From assembly GCA_964016885.1 (NCBI GenBank), contig OZ024743.1, positions 367,598,001-367,662,000 on the forward strand: a stretch of DNA of 64,000 nucleotides. The letters run 5' to 3'. Below, piece after piece: positions 50,033 to 63,557 of this stretch (its first letter is position 1; every line of letters starts with the position of its first letter). The translations under genes and the position numbers were made by a program. Under the pieces are notes generated by a model. It was not told the origin of the DNA. It worked only from the letters and a program-made list of their open reading frames with translations, and searched no databases. The stretch comes from Eledone cirrhosa (taxonomy: Eukaryota).

Positions 50033-50124
50033 CATATATATATATATGGTTTGCTAATTTGTTGTGGAACTAACTCTCTCTCTCTCTCTCTCTCTTTATA
50101 TATATGGAACTAACTATATATTTA

Positions 50125-50632
50125 TCATCATCATCACCGTTTTACGTCCATTTTTCCACACTAGCATGGGTTAGACGGGTTGTCTTATTGTAGGCAATGC
50201 CAAGTCAGGTGACTATGTATTGCTTGTAATTTTTGCTTGATTTCTACAGCTGGATGCCCGTCCTAACACAAACCTCATTTACAGTGAGTACTGGGTGCTT
50301 TTTACCGTGGTGCCTACTTGACCACTTTACAGTGTGGTCTGGGTGCTTTTTGTCATTACACCTACATGACCACTTTACAGTGGGAGGGGAATGAGGGCAT
50401 ACTGTCTATATGCTTCAGCTTTGGCTTGTAACCGTGGGAAGTCAGGTCTTCTGTATATCGGGCAAGATTGGCTTTTATCACCTTATACCAGGTCTTCTTG
50501 GGTTTCCCCACTCCAAGGATTCCATCTACTTTGAATGCTCTGCACCTTTTTATGCAGCTGCCATCCTTCATACACATCAGATGTCCATACCAACGTAATC
50601 TGCTCTCCTGCACACAGCATTTGATTCCTCTT
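50125..50632 (-). mobile_element. RTE 3' fragment with SINE-like 3' module
   Basis: GIKCCVQESRLRWYGHLM followed by the GGGCATCCAGCTGTAGAA module and a (GAT)n tail. Confidence 0.8.
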
Positions 50633-51410
50633 GAGGGTCCATGTGCAAGCTGTCCCGCAGCCCCAGTAGACAGAATAAAAAAGGTGTTTCCCCAGAGGAT
50701 GGTGAGGGAGACATGCTGGAAGAGCCATTTCAGCTTGTGAGGTTCACACATGTGGGTAGCTAACACTGTGCCGACAGTAGTGAGTAGGGAGGTGGACCTA
50801 GGGCCAAGGACACCAGAAGACACCACTGCTACGGGCTCAACTGCAAATCAGTCAGAGAGTGACTGATACTTGGAGAGTTTATCCTCCTCTGCCCTAGTGC
50901 AGCAGAGCTTGGGTTAGACACAGACTGCAAGTTGCTGCTGGAGAATGTGTTGCTGCATGTGACATCCCAGACGAGGGGTTTACCACTACAGAATGGTAAG
51001 ATGGTCATGCTGTCTGGCCTTTTGCTGTCCCCTCGGTCCAGCCCCACCGGCTCGAGCTGGAATGTGAACCCTGCAGTATCCAAGCCGTGCTTTAAGACCT
51101 CATTGAAAGCAGGATGGTGTAGTAGGCGGTTGGCTCTGTATCGACAGAACAGCAGGTGGAGATCGAAAGAGTCTACAGTGGATCTGCAGCAATATTTGTG
51201 TGGCTCACAGATCCAGAGGCCGAGCCTCAGGGAGATTCCAATATGCAGGCCATCATTATCCAGCTGCATGTCAATTGTGAAGGAGGGTAAGACATTAAGC
51301 CAGGTACTGTTGTGGTGTTGTGAGGCCAAGTGAAAACATGCGAGGCAGTGCTGAACAAGCTGCCATGCTAGCCTGTCTGAGTTCTGTGAGTTGAGGAGCA
51401 GTGGCACTGC
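50633..51410 (-). mobile_element. CRE-like non-LTR retrotransposon 3' fragment (restriction-like endonuclease)
   Basis: WLNVLP..ISLRLGL..C..VD..H.LFC..HHPAFNE..EPVGL..KRPD..GKPLVWDVTC. Confidence 0.8.
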
Positions 51411-53545
51411 TGACAAAGGACTGAAACAAAGGGGATTTTATAGATAATTTTAGGCTCATAACTGTACTAAATGCAGAGTTCAAAATGTTGGCCATGGTGT
51501 TAGTGGTGAGGTTGGCACTTGTCGTCAGTGGTCTAGTAGGCGAGGCACAGACATGTGCCGTTCTCAAGACATCCATATATAACAACCTCCACCTCATGTG
51601 ATACATCATAGAGGAAGTGGCAAATAAACCTGGCACGGGTGGGGCACTGATCAACTTAGAACAATCGAAAGCATTCGATAGGGTCAATCATCGGTTTCTG
51701 GTGGTGATCCTCAAAGCAACCGGCTTTGGGCCCCTTTTCAGAGTGTGGATTGCTGCTATGCACAGCAACATCTCCTCTATTAGATAAAATGGTCACCTCT
51801 CAGAACCGTTCAATATCATGCTCTCGGTTTCCAAGGCTGTCCCCCCTAGTCCCTATTGTATGTATTGACTCTCGAGCAACTATTGCACAAACTAGAGACG
51901 TTGAGACGCATCCCGCACAAACTAGGACATGGGAGATCTGTGCCAGCTTATGCCAATGACATCACCATTTTAGTGTCGAGTACCACATATATTGGCACTG
52001 CTCTGAGGGAATACGAAGTGCTGACAGGAATGAAAATCAACCAGGAAAAGTCAGTAACCCTGCAACTCAACACCTGGAGAGGCAAGTACATGCCAACCAA
52101 CAGAGTCGTCAGATGCTGGACAAATGGACCGGTTAAATTGCTCAGGGTCTGGTTTAGTCTGGACCTACAGATGGACAAAAACTGGGATGAGGTGATGAAC
52201 GGAGTGGCCAATCTCACAGAGAAAGCTGTCCCTCAAAGGTAGGGCAGAGGTGGCAAACGCGTACATTGCATCCATCATCTACCGCCTGATCATTGTGCCT
52301 TGTCCCAAACCCCATCTGACTGCACTGGAGTGTTTGCTCTTCCACATCTTGTGAAAGGGGATGATCAGGCGGTCCATCTTCTGTCAATACCCATGGCGTG
52401 GAGGACTGGGAATGCTGTGACTAGTGATGCACAGACATGCGCTGAGGCTACGACATCTCTATCTCTTTGTTAACAGTGAACAGGTGTGGTTGCTGTTCAC
52501 CAGATGCATATTCCTCCAGCTCGAATTCTTAATGGAGCTACAGTCTTGGGTCAGGCGGAGACTAAGGGGAGCGCTTGGAAACTGGAATGTCTTCAAGTTC
52601 TCACAGTCCTCTGCCAATCGAGCAATATGATTGGTGGAAACTCCACCTTAGCATTCTATGGACTGTTAGTGGCAGATGAAAACGACAACATTCTTAGGAA
52701 AACACTGGACATCAACAAAAATCAACTAGCCACTCTTTTCAGGGCCCATGGCTAATTTCCTAAAATTCCTAGCTTGGCAGCGCTACCAGGGAGCTTTGCC
52801 AGTTTGAGATAACCTCTACAAGCATGGAACTGCCATCAGCCAGGCCTGTCCGAGATGCATGCAGGGCGACAAAACCATCCTGCATGCAATCATCTGGTGT
52901 CCGAGCATTGCTGACATGTGGGTTTATGTCAAACACCTGCTGTCACATGTAGGACAAATTCAGTTATCAACTGACACCATTGTGAAGATTGTCCCACCAC
53001 CTTCTTTTAGTCAAGAAGGGCAGGCTGTTTTTATCTGTCTTGTGGCCATGGTGAAAGAGTTTGTATGGTGGACATCCTTGAAGGGGTTGAAGATGAGGAC
53101 TTTCCTCTTTGGCGAAGTCTTGATTAACTTCTTCAGATTTCACTTAAAGAGGAAAATCAGGGTGGAGAAGGAAGTGCTGCCTTCAAAGCAATTTGTTGAA
53201 AGGTGGGTGAGAGAAGCAAGCATGGCCTAAGTGAGTGGGCTTGCTCTGAGTGTGAGCCTGTAGATTGGAGAACAACTGGGACAGGGCAATTATCCTAGAG
53301 ATCAGGGTGCCTGTGGTTTTATGGGAATTTTTTCCATGAGTGACTCTGAATGTCTCCTCCCTATTGAGGAACCACCTTTGTTTTAATTTTATTGTTATCT
53401 TCCTTTTTTAACATTGTTTAAATTTGTTTACACGCAAATCCACACATCAACACACACACAGTCAAACATTATGTTTTTGTCCTGTGCTGTCATAATGTTT
53501 CTCTTGATATTAACCCATGTGGTGAATAAAGAAATCATTATTATT
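51411..53545 (+). mobile_element. L1/Tx1-clade LINE, 5'-truncated and degenerate RT plus C-terminal zinc motif
   Basis: NFRLITVLNAEFKMLA, LEQSKAFDRVNH, QGCPPSPLLYVL, AYANDIT and CPRC..TILHAIIWCP. It ends AATAAAGAAATCATTATT. Confidence 0.85.
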
Positions 53546-54169
53546 GGGGTCAATAAAATAAAGCACCAGTAATGCACTGGGGTGCATTTAATCGACTTTC
53601 CCCTGCCCTTCAAATTGTTGGCCTTGTGTCTAAAGTAGAAACAATTATTATTATTACTAGCAGAAAAACCACCCTTCATTGGTTTTCTGCTACCATGTGT
53701 AGTGTGTATATTGATATTATACACAAATATATATACATGTAGATATGATTCATCAAATAACATCGTAATATTGACAATATACACAGAAATTGAACGAAGA
53801 CTGCATTACACTCTCTTATGTAATTAGTAACATAATAGATTTAAAAAAAGACAATATTATATATAAACTGCATTAGGAGAACATTACTGATGGAAATATA
53901 TGAATGTTTATTTAAGCGATCGCTAACCGGAAGTGTTGACATTTGAAAATTTTAAAGAAGTGAATCTTTAAATAAACAATAAAATATATTTAATCAACAG
54001 CTACGAAATTTAGTAGATAAATTATGTAATATTCATTCATTATTTATTCAAAGTAATCCAACTTATTTTACTAAGGGGATAAAAAATTATAAACTGTACG
54101 CAGTCCCACACTCCTTACTTTATTATAGTTTAGATGATTAATTTGATATTTAGATGATTAATTTGTATT

Positions 54170-54564
54170 GTGCTACGCAGTAATACAGAAGACCCGCCTT
54201 GCCTATGTACAAAGTGAAGTGAAACCTACAATCAGTAGGCACCTTTTAACCAAATATACAACCCCATCCCACTACTCCTACTCCACCCCCACCCCCATCA
54301 ACACCACCCCCTTTCTCTGTAAAGTTATGTTGGTACCACAACATCCAGTCCTAAATAAATGAGGTTGTGTAGGTGTCACAACAAAAAAAACACACGCTGT
54401 AATGTGGCTGTGTAGGTAAAATGGTAAAAACCTCCCAGTCCACACTGTAAACGTGGTTGGTGTTAGGAAGGGCATCCAGCCGTAGAAAACCTGCCAGACA
54501 GTCCTATATGAGTGAGATGACCAATCTAGCATGGAAGATAGATGTTAAACGATGATGATGATGA
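54170..54564 (+). mobile_element. RTE family A 3' fragment
   Basis: AGAAGACCCGCCTT plus the family A UTR and a (GAT)n tail. Confidence 0.85.
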
Positions 54565-57290
54565 TCTCGGTCATTGTTGTTATTTAACTGGAAAATTTGC
54601 CCTAATGAACATCAGCTGCTACCTGCAGCATCAAATATTCAGAAACATATCAGACGGTCCTTGCTGTTCCCAGTAGGCATGTCTTCTGGTGTGTTCAAGA
54701 AAAAGGGGATGGGGTAATGTTTTTTAACCAGCCTTGAAACTCTTTGAGATAGCACCTAGTGCTCCTATGACAATGAGGATGACCTTGATCTCATGACAGT
54801 CCCAAATCCTTTTCAGTTCCCACATAAAGAAATCATTATTATTATTGTTTCATTTTAGATCAGTTCTGTTTCTCTATTGCTGGGTTCAGGCCTTGAACCT
54901 AGGGCAATAGATGTTTTCATTGTAGAGAGAGAACTCGCCTGAGAATGTGTGTTGTTCTTGGTAAAACGATCTTCTGTAGCTCATATTTGCTGATCTTGAG
55001 GGAAGGATGCTAAGATGCAGGTCTGATGATTTGGGTATTAATCCTAATGCTCCTATTACCACAGGGATAGTGTTTGTGGTTGATCTCTATTTCCAGGTCT
55101 TTGTATTTTGACAGTTTTCCATTGTTTTTACAGATGTATTCTTGTCAGCTAGTATGGAAATATATATAAGGCTACATGTCCGATCTGTTTTGTTTTTTAT
55201 AATATCTGGTCTGTTGGCAGCGATTTCTTGGTCAGTTATCACAGGCATATCCCTCAAGATGGATAAGTTGCCCTTTTCCATGACTGTTTTTGGTTGATGT
55301 TCATATCAATTGTCAGAAGTTTGGATGTCATGAGAGCGGCAGAGCATCCAGTGCAACATATTTGGCAATGTGGTTGTGTCTTTCTATATAGTCAGTTTTT
55401 GCCAGCTCTGGACACCTGGAGATAACATGATCTACCGTTTCTTCGTATTTGTAGCCTATTCTGCATAGAGGGCTAGTCCCATCTTTCACTATTCTGTGTC
55501 TATATGCCCGAGTGTTTATAGATTGGTCTAGTGCAGCAACTGCTTTTTTTCCCATATCATGCCGAGTGTCAACCTGACACCTGAGGTAAAATTTGGCAAT
55601 ACGCACATTTTACAATCAATTGTCATACAAATGATGACATAAGGACATAAACAACAGCAAATGTCTTTACAAGGTATTTAAATTGATAATGCCCTTCTCA
55701 GGACATGGACAGTGCCACTCATCATGATTTACTGTATCTCTTGCAGAAATGGCTTTCCAGTTATCTGGTCCAAATATTTTTCAGTTCCTTTTTATCATTC
55801 TAGGTGCACTGACTATCATTGATATTGTACAGGCTTTAAGATACCACATTTTCTCAATTTCAATTGATAGATCTTTGTACTTACTGAGCTTTCGGAACAC
55901 TTTGCAGGATATATTACAATTGGATGGAATGCTCATATCAATTAAGAAGCATGTTTTCTTTTTATGGTCTTTCACAATTATATCAGGTCTATTGGCCTTG
56001 ATCATTCTGTCGGTGTTCACAGAGGAATCCCAGAAAATTGCCATATTCTTGCCCCCTGTTACTGTACCTGTGTGATGGTTGTACCATTTTCCCTTTGTTT
56101 TTATGCCATAAAACCTGCACATTATCCAGTGTAAATTGCCCTACTCTATCATGCCTCATTTTATATTCCTGGGGAGCTAATACTTTGCAGCTAGAAACCA
56201 GCTGGTCAATGATCTCAATGTGCTCAGCATAGAATCAACACTTTAGGTCGGTTCCATTTCTGATCATATTGGCTTGAAAATTTCGCATTAAAATGAAGCC
56301 CTCCACTCTCTGCCTTTAGCCAAGAACTCCACAGCCACTGATAGGTGAGCGCTTGATCTACATCAGGTTCTTTGCTACGGAGAACATATTGCCCATGCAA
56401 TGGTTTTTGCTCCCATTTAGAGCTCAGTTTCTGTTGATCTTCATATTTTGCTAAACATTTTGATGTCCATTGCAGCCTTAATTGCAGAATCATCATCATT
56501 TTCAAAGTGTATTCCCAATTCTTCTGCAAACTTTCTACTATCCTTTGTGACCGAATGTAAACTTTTCTTCCTTTCATGATCTGCAACCATTTTCATTATC
56601 CAGTCATTTGTCATTTTCAGGTATTGTTTGAGTTCAATGGTTGATATTTTGCATGACAGCTCTGACTGGATCATACCTCTACTTCTGTTTTGTCTAAGAG
56701 GTGATCCACATCTGCTTTTGGGTGATGTAGTTTATTACAGGCCAGAAGTTTCCTGATTTTGTATCCATTTTTTAAATTTCATTAATGTTCTAATTTATGA
56801 TATTGAAACTATAGGTGACAACTGGGATTGCAAGATATTTTATTCTTTGAGTTGAGCTCAGTTTTCAAGAAAGCATTCCTCACTTTTCTTCTTTCGTGTT
56901 GGCATGGTGAATCCCTTGGCCTTCATTGATCCCTATCTGTAGGTTTGTTCCTGTTTTAGTTAATTAATTATTGTATTCACATCCATTTCCATTGAGTTTG
57001 TGCTTGTCATTCTGCTTTTCTTGACTGTAGCTTTCGTGCAGTTTTCCAATCCAATCCAAACTCCATCCATACATCATCACTGAACCCCTTAACTGTCTTC
57101 AACAGTCCTTCAAATTTGCTGTCATTTTTGGCATATAATGGCAAATCATCCATATAAAACATGATTTATGGTTTTGTCATCTATTTTGTTTTGTTGAGTG
57201 CTAGAGGTAGTGGTATGAGTACAATCACCTTGAAAAATATCACAGTTAATGCTTATGCTATAGGAATTTATAGTTCCATTGCTGTGTGAC
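54565..57290 (-). mobile_element. Stack of three R4/Dong-like RLE retrotransposon fragments (~54570-54823, ~54845-55545, ~55700-57290)
   Basis: CRI..ETVDHVISRCPELA..YIERHN, ANRPDII, IDMSIP..KYKDL, KPLHGQY and IFQGD. Confidence 0.85.
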
Positions 57291-57327
57291 AGTGATAGAT
57301 TTGTATTCCTTCTCCGCCTTCTTTTTC

Positions 57328-57328
<1 letters not shown>

Positions 57329-57374
<46 letters not shown>

Positions 57375-57425
57375 CTTCTTCTTCTTCTTCTTCTTCTCCT
57401 TCTCCTTCTTCTTCTTATTATTATT
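57329..57425 (+). repeat. Compound (TTG)n(TTC)n(TTA)n trinucleotide repeat
   Basis: Directly visible at the 3' end of the R4-like element. Confidence 0.95.
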
Positions 57426-59596
57426 CTTTGAGTCTCAGTCATTGATGTTATTTAACTGGAAAGTTTGTTGAAATGAATATCAAGCCGCTACCTGCAGCCT
57501 AAGACATTCAGGATGTACCAGAGGGTTCTTGCTGTTCCCAGCAAGCATGTCTTTTGAAGTGTTCCAAAAAATGGGGCTGGACTAATCTTCTTTAACCATC
57601 CTTGGAAACCCTTTGAGATAGTACCTAGTGTGCCTATGACAATCGAGATGACCTTAATCTCCTGGCAGTTCCAAATCCTTTTTAACTCCCACTTTAAATC
57701 CTGGTATCGGTTAATTTTCTCCCTCTCCTTCTCTTGCACTCTTGTGTCAAATGGGCAGGCTACATCTACAATCAGGCACAATCTTTTTTTTCCTTGTCCA
57801 AAACCTCCAGGTCAGGCCTATTGTGTTCTAACTTCTTGTCCGGCTGTATCCTAAAATCCCATAGCACCTTCATCTGATCATTTTCTATCACCGACTCTGA
57901 CTTATGCTCATACCACTTCTCAGAATGTGGTAAATTGTTTAGTTTGCATAGATGCCAGTGGATCACCCTGCATATCATATCATGTCTCCAGCCTTTATAG
58001 TGAGTCTGGGCTAGGTGTTTACACTCGGATACAATGTGAGCCACAGTCTCCTCTCTCTCTCTATAGATTCTACACAGTGAGCTAGCCTCTTCCTTGTCAA
58101 TATGGTGTTTTACCCACTTCGTTCTGAGGGCTTGCTCTTGCGCAGCCATTAGCATTCCTTCTGTAGCTTTTTTAAGGTTTCCTCTTTTTAACCAGTTCTA
58201 TGTCTGTGGATCTCTGAATTCCATTTTCTTAAAGAAGGTGCTATGAAGGAATTTTTCATGAAGGTTGCTTTTCCTCCTTGTTGTTATTTCATCCTTGGAC
58301 ATCGCCTGGTCTATTGTCTTCTCCTTCAGTACAAATTTGAGCATTGGCTCCCTACTGTTAGCCACATATTTGTGCAGACTCTTTTTCTCCATCTGAAGAC
58401 AGTCCTCTATGCTGATAAGACCCCTTCCACCTTCAGGTCTCTTTAAGTAGAGTCTATCAACATCACTCCTCTTGTGGAACATGTTGTAGATAGTCATTAG
58501 CTTCCTAGTCTTCCTATCTATTTCTTTTTGTTCAGAGAAACTCTAGGCATCGAGGAAGACGAACTGGCCAGTCTGTTCGGTAGGACCTTCCGCCCGGGAC
58601 TGATGGACAACTTCCAAAAGTCCCTGGCCTGGCAGTGCTACCAAGGAGCTCTACCAGTTCGAGACAAGCTCTACAGACATGAGCACCTGGGCAGGGACCC
58701 TTTGAAAAAAGATCTGTCCGAGATGTGTGCGAGACGAAGAAACTGTCGCGCATGCATTCATACACTGCCCTGGCATTACTGACCTGTGGGGCTATGTAGA
58801 ACAACTATTGTCGCGGGTGGGACCAATCCGGTTGACCACCGAGTCCATTGTCATGATCAAACCGCCACCCTCCTTCAAAGACGAAGGAGAGGCGGTTTTC
58901 CTTTGTGTGATAACTATGGCGAAAGAGGTTGTATGGTGGACGATGTTAAAAGGGCTGAGGTTAGACACCTTTCTCTCCGGCCAACAACTGATTCTTTTTT
59001 TCAAATACCACTTTGGAAGAAGAATCAAGATGGAGAGAGAGGTGCTGTACCCCAGCAAGTTTTATGAAAAGTGGGTGAAAGTGGCGAGAATAGCCCGAGT
59101 GAATGGGCCTTCTCTCTATATCAGCCTGTAGGTTGTGGAAAAAGAGGAAGAGAGGAAAGGGGTACAAACTCTTTGTACTCCTGGAGATGAGGGTTGCTCA
59201 TTTTTTCGGGGGTATGTGTTACCCATATGAAATGTCTCCCCCTATTGGCGAAAATCGATTTTTTAAAAATTGCATTTGTGATAGTATTTTACACGTTTTT
59301 ATTGTATGTAAACTCCCCCCTTTGTATTTGTCTCCTTCTTTTGTGCCCTTGTGGCTAATAAAGAAACATATCGATTTCTTTTTGTTCAGCAACATTCCAT
59401 TTCAGAATTCCCGCACTGTACCTAATAATAGACACAGCTCGGGAATTTACTGCACTTATGACATTCCTACTATTTAGATGTGGTTTTAGTATGTTCCTTA
59501 CTCTCCTTATGTATTCAGATCTTATCAATTCCTTCATTTTTTTGTTCTTGATGTCATCTGGCTCCAGAACACCTAAATATTTGTATCCCGCTTCAT
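57426..59596 (-). mobile_element. R4/Dong-like RLE retrotransposon interrupted by an L1/Tx1 insertion
   Basis: YKYLGV..EYIRRVRNIL, DVDRLYLKRPEGGRGL, AAQEQALRT..CRI..ETVAHIVSEC..RHD and NRPD..IVDVACPFD..KINRYQDL. Confidence 0.9.
58536..59368 (+). mobile_element. 5'-truncated L1/Tx1 insertion with 21-bp target-site duplication
   Basis: GALPVRDKL..CPRC..ETVAHAFIHCP. The TSD TATC(T/G)ATTTCTTTTTGTTCAG is at 58515-58535 and 59369-59389. Confidence 0.9.
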
Positions 59597-59754
59597 AATT
59601 ATTATCATTATTTGACGCATACAGTTACGGCCCTTGCCATTCTGAGTTCAAACCCCGCCGAGGTTAACTTTGCCTTTCATCCTTACGGGCTCGATAAAAT
59701 AAAGTACCAGTAATGTACTGGGTAATTGCTGGCCTTGTGCCAATAGTAGAAACA

Positions 59755-59790
<36 letters not shown>

Positions 59791-60819
59791 GTTAGAGCCA
59801 TGAACATTATGCTTTGCAACATGTTGGTATGGCCCTTTACATTTTGAGTTCAAATCCTGCTGAGGTTAGCTTTGCCTTTCATCCTTACAGGGTTGATAAA
59901 ATAAGGCACCACACACTGGGGCTTGATTTAATTGACTTTCCTCTCCTCCCAAATTGCTGGCCTTGTGCCTAAATCAGAAACTATTATTATTATTAATATT
60001 ATTATCATTATTATTGCATTAGTTATAGCCATGTATGCTTAAGGTTGCCCTGCTGAGATTGGGTTTTCACAAGTTTTATTGAAAGAAAACATTTTCCTTG
60101 GAGATTATTTTGCAAACAGTGGACTTAATAACATTGGGCCATTTATCCCAATATCTGGGATAAATGTAAAGTTTTCTGAACAACATTTATTGTTAATGTA
60201 CTCAGTAAATATCTGACATGATTATGCGAGTTGTGCAAGGGGTGATAAACAAAAGAGGAAGTAGCATGACAGATGCTGAATCAAAACAAACCACTGCAAT
60301 ACTAAAATGAATTTACAAAAAGACAAACAAATAAATATCAAAGCAAACAGTCGAAAACATAGATTATGATGATTTATTTTATCCAAAAATGATAATTTTT
60401 TAACTTAACATGGTGACAATAACCATAACACACACACACACACACGCACACACACTGTAACACTAACACAAATATTGTTTGTTAATGTAGTATCCCATAT
60501 AGAATGTTTAGTCATGGTGAAAGTAAAGTCCAAAACAAACCAATGGTTATACTATATTCAAAAGGAGTGTATCTCTTTGCCCAAAGAATATATCTAGAAT
60601 CAGACTCAGAGAAAAATGATTTACATTGGTCTCACATTGGGTGGGTGGTGGGGGCTTTTCTATACCTTCAAAAACTGAATTTAAAGAAATGCTTTCAGAT
60701 ATTTGGACTAAAGTTTTAAGTATAGGAATGTTCAAAGCTTATGTGACTCTATTTTACTTTCAGGAATAAGGAAGAAGCAAAGAGACAAACAAAAATAAAG
60801 CACAAAAACCACACTGAAA

Positions 60820-61070
60820 GCTTGTACGTCAGTACGTGGGGAAAGAGGGATAACATAAAGTTAACAATTAGAGGGATATCAAATGAAATTGACTCCTGGG
60901 TCATAGTTGCCTTTGTTAAACAATATGGGCAAGTAGTAAGTGACAAAAGCGATAAAATTGATGGTGGCGAACAGAGAGTCAAGTTGCAACACTTGCAATA
61001 TCCTATCTATCAGGTGCCCTTGTGTCAGTGCCTAAATTTCTACCATCACTGCCAGAATCCTACATGATAT
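60820..61070 (+). mobile_element. Possible L1/Tx1 ORF1 (gag-like) remnant
   Basis: IKLTIRGISNEIDSWVIVAFVKQYGQV resembles the RRM-like region of Tx1/L1 ORF1. This is weak evidence. Confidence 0.35.
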
Positions 61071-61629
61071 ATTGAACTTCTGAGATCAGGGAATGATCTG
61101 AGACCAGTTAACGTGCTTCACCTAGCAACCGATTTCTAGAGAAAGGAAAAATATATATATTACAAAAGGAAAAATATATATATTATAACTTCTATGGTAG
61201 TTTTATGTGAGTTTTTACTGCACCACTTGGTGCATTCCCATATTCCTGTGGTGTGTGTAGCATTGAGGTTGGGGAATATAAACTCCTCTTGTTAGTATGC
61301 GCCATCAGTCTTGTTTTGTTATGGACTTCAGCTGGTTTCTTATGTTATTTTCTTATGTTTGTTCTATTGTGTATAATATAAGCTGTGTTATCTTATTGGG
61401 GATTATTATTATTATGACTATTGTTGTTGTTGTTGCCGTTGCTGTGGTTGTTGAAAACCTGTTATTATTGACATTAGTACAGCTATTAAATAAACGATAA
61501 GCATATTACACTTCAGTTCTGAGCAGGACTTCAGCTACCTATGAAGAATAAAGAATTGGTTGAACTACTTTTGGTATCAATGGCCATTAAGTTTAATTGT
61601 AGGAGGAAGCATGATGGTAAGAATGGCAA

Positions 61630-61845
61630 TAGTATATAGTGGGACAGATATATTGAACATCATTGAATGTATGGTAGGACATGTTGAATAGCATCAAGTA
61701 TATATATTTAGACATTGTGAATAGCATCAAATGTATATAGCTGGATGAAGATATTAAATAGCATTGAATGTATATAGTTGAATGAACATATTAAATAGCT
61801 TCAGATGTGTTGAATAGCATCAAATATATATATAATCAGACATCT
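61630..61845 (+). repeat. Degenerate minisatellite (~30-36-bp unit)
   Basis: GAATAGCATCAAATGTATATAG-like units recur. Confidence 0.7.
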
Positions 61846-62447
61846 AAAGATGATCTATACTTGGTCATATACTGTAAAATATATAGTCTGTTAGAAAATG
61901 CTTACATGTGTGAGTTTCATACTTCCTACCCAGGACTTTTGAGATACCTAATCTGTTGTTTCTTTCACCTTTGAGTGAAAATAAGGCGATAGATTGGCAG
62001 ATCTGTTAGAGCAGTGGCTAGAATGTTTTGCATTATTTCTTCTGGTTCTGTACATTTTGAGTTTAAATCCTGCTGAGGTCAACTATTTTTTGTTTGTTTT
62101 TCCTTTCAAGGTCAATAAATAAAGTACCAGTCAAGAGTTGATTTGTCTTTCTTCTCTTTGTAGTTTGCTCTCTCTTTCTGACACAACTCTCTCTTTATCT
62201 CCCTCCTCCTCTCTTTCAGTCACGCTCTTAGAACTTAGCAATAGCCTACAAGACGGTGTTTTGTCAAAAATGCCTTAAGGAAAGCAACTACTCAAAACTT
62301 CGTAGTCTCCCACAAAAATTTCATGACAGGCACATAGTGCTTATCATAGAAGTCACCAGGGTCATTCATCTACTTGATGGTGTAAGGATGGAAGGGTTAA
62401 AATGAATTTTAAATAATATGCAACTTGGAATGAAAACGTCTGATTAC

Positions 62448-62679
62448 CTGATATTTCCCCTGTTTCTGCTTTTGCTTGATTCACTTCTGAAACATAGCCA
62501 ATAGCCAGCATAGCTACTACCAAAATGAAGATTGGTGCACTGAGTGAGCCAGCAGAAGAACAGAGATTAAGGACAAGCAATGCCCAGACAGGAATGGATA
62601 AGTACTGTAACTGGCTGTTGTTCTCTGGTTTCCAATACAGCACTATAGTTATGATATAACCCAATAGGAAGGTCCATAT
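62448..62679 (-). CDS. TMEM245: Internal coding exon of a TMEM245-like transmembrane protein
   Basis: Acceptor cttttatcag|ATATGG and donor TCAG|gtaatc bound a 232-nt exon (phase 0 to 1). The peptide IWTFLLGYIITIVLYWKPENNSQLQYLSIPVWALLVLNLCSSAGSLSAPIFILVVAMLAIG resembles vertebrate TMEM245 as I recall it (IWT..GY..W..SIPVW..AGS..P.F). This was not database-checked. Confidence 0.78.
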
Positions 62680-62699
62680 CTGATAAAAGAAATAATAAC

Positions 62700-63090
62700 A
62701 TTTTTAGATATTTAGAATTTATAAATATAGAATGATAGAAACAGGAAAAACATATTGATAGGTAAGAGTCATAAGATAAATATGGAGGACATGTGGTTAA
62801 GATATAGAAAAGCACATAGTTATATATGTAGTACATATGAGCAAGACATTTACAAAACATAGATTAAGAAGTCATATGAGCAATACATTAAAAAAACATG
62901 GATAATATGGGCGATATAAACATGATATTAAGGAAACACTGATAAAGAGAGAAGACATATGGATATGATATTAAGAAAACATGGATAAATACAGGGGACA
63001 TATAGGCAAGATATGGAAAGATTGATAAATATAAACTACTTGTGGGGAAAATTATTAAGAAAATATGGGGTAGACATGTAAGAGACATGG
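62700..63090 (+). repeat. Degenerate purine-rich minisatellite
   Basis: AAGACATATGGATAAGATAT-like units recur. Confidence 0.6.
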
Positions 63091-63522
63091 CCTGAATATT
63101 TGAAATGGTGTGTATGTATATGCATGCATATGTATGTACATTCGTATGTATGTATGTGTGAATGTATGTATGTGTGTATGTATGTATATGCATATTAATA
63201 TTAATGTTTTAATTTTACAAGAAACAGTTATAGGGCAGGTGTTCACATATAATTGAATATATGGAACAAAGCTCCCATTTTTGGACTTTTAATTAGACTT
63301 CAGTAATCAATATTAATTTATCCGTATTCAAGATTAGAGTCAAATTTTTTTTCATACTACAGGTACATGTAAAGTTCTCTGCTAAGCTTCTTACATAAAG
63401 AAATATCTTTGTTGTTCAAAATAATAGCCTTTCTGCATTAGCTATCTATTTAAATGTATGTAGGTGTGTATGTATGTATTTATGTATGTATCTCTCTTTC
63501 TCTCTCTCTATCTTCCCTCTCA

Positions 63523-63557
<35 letters not shown>

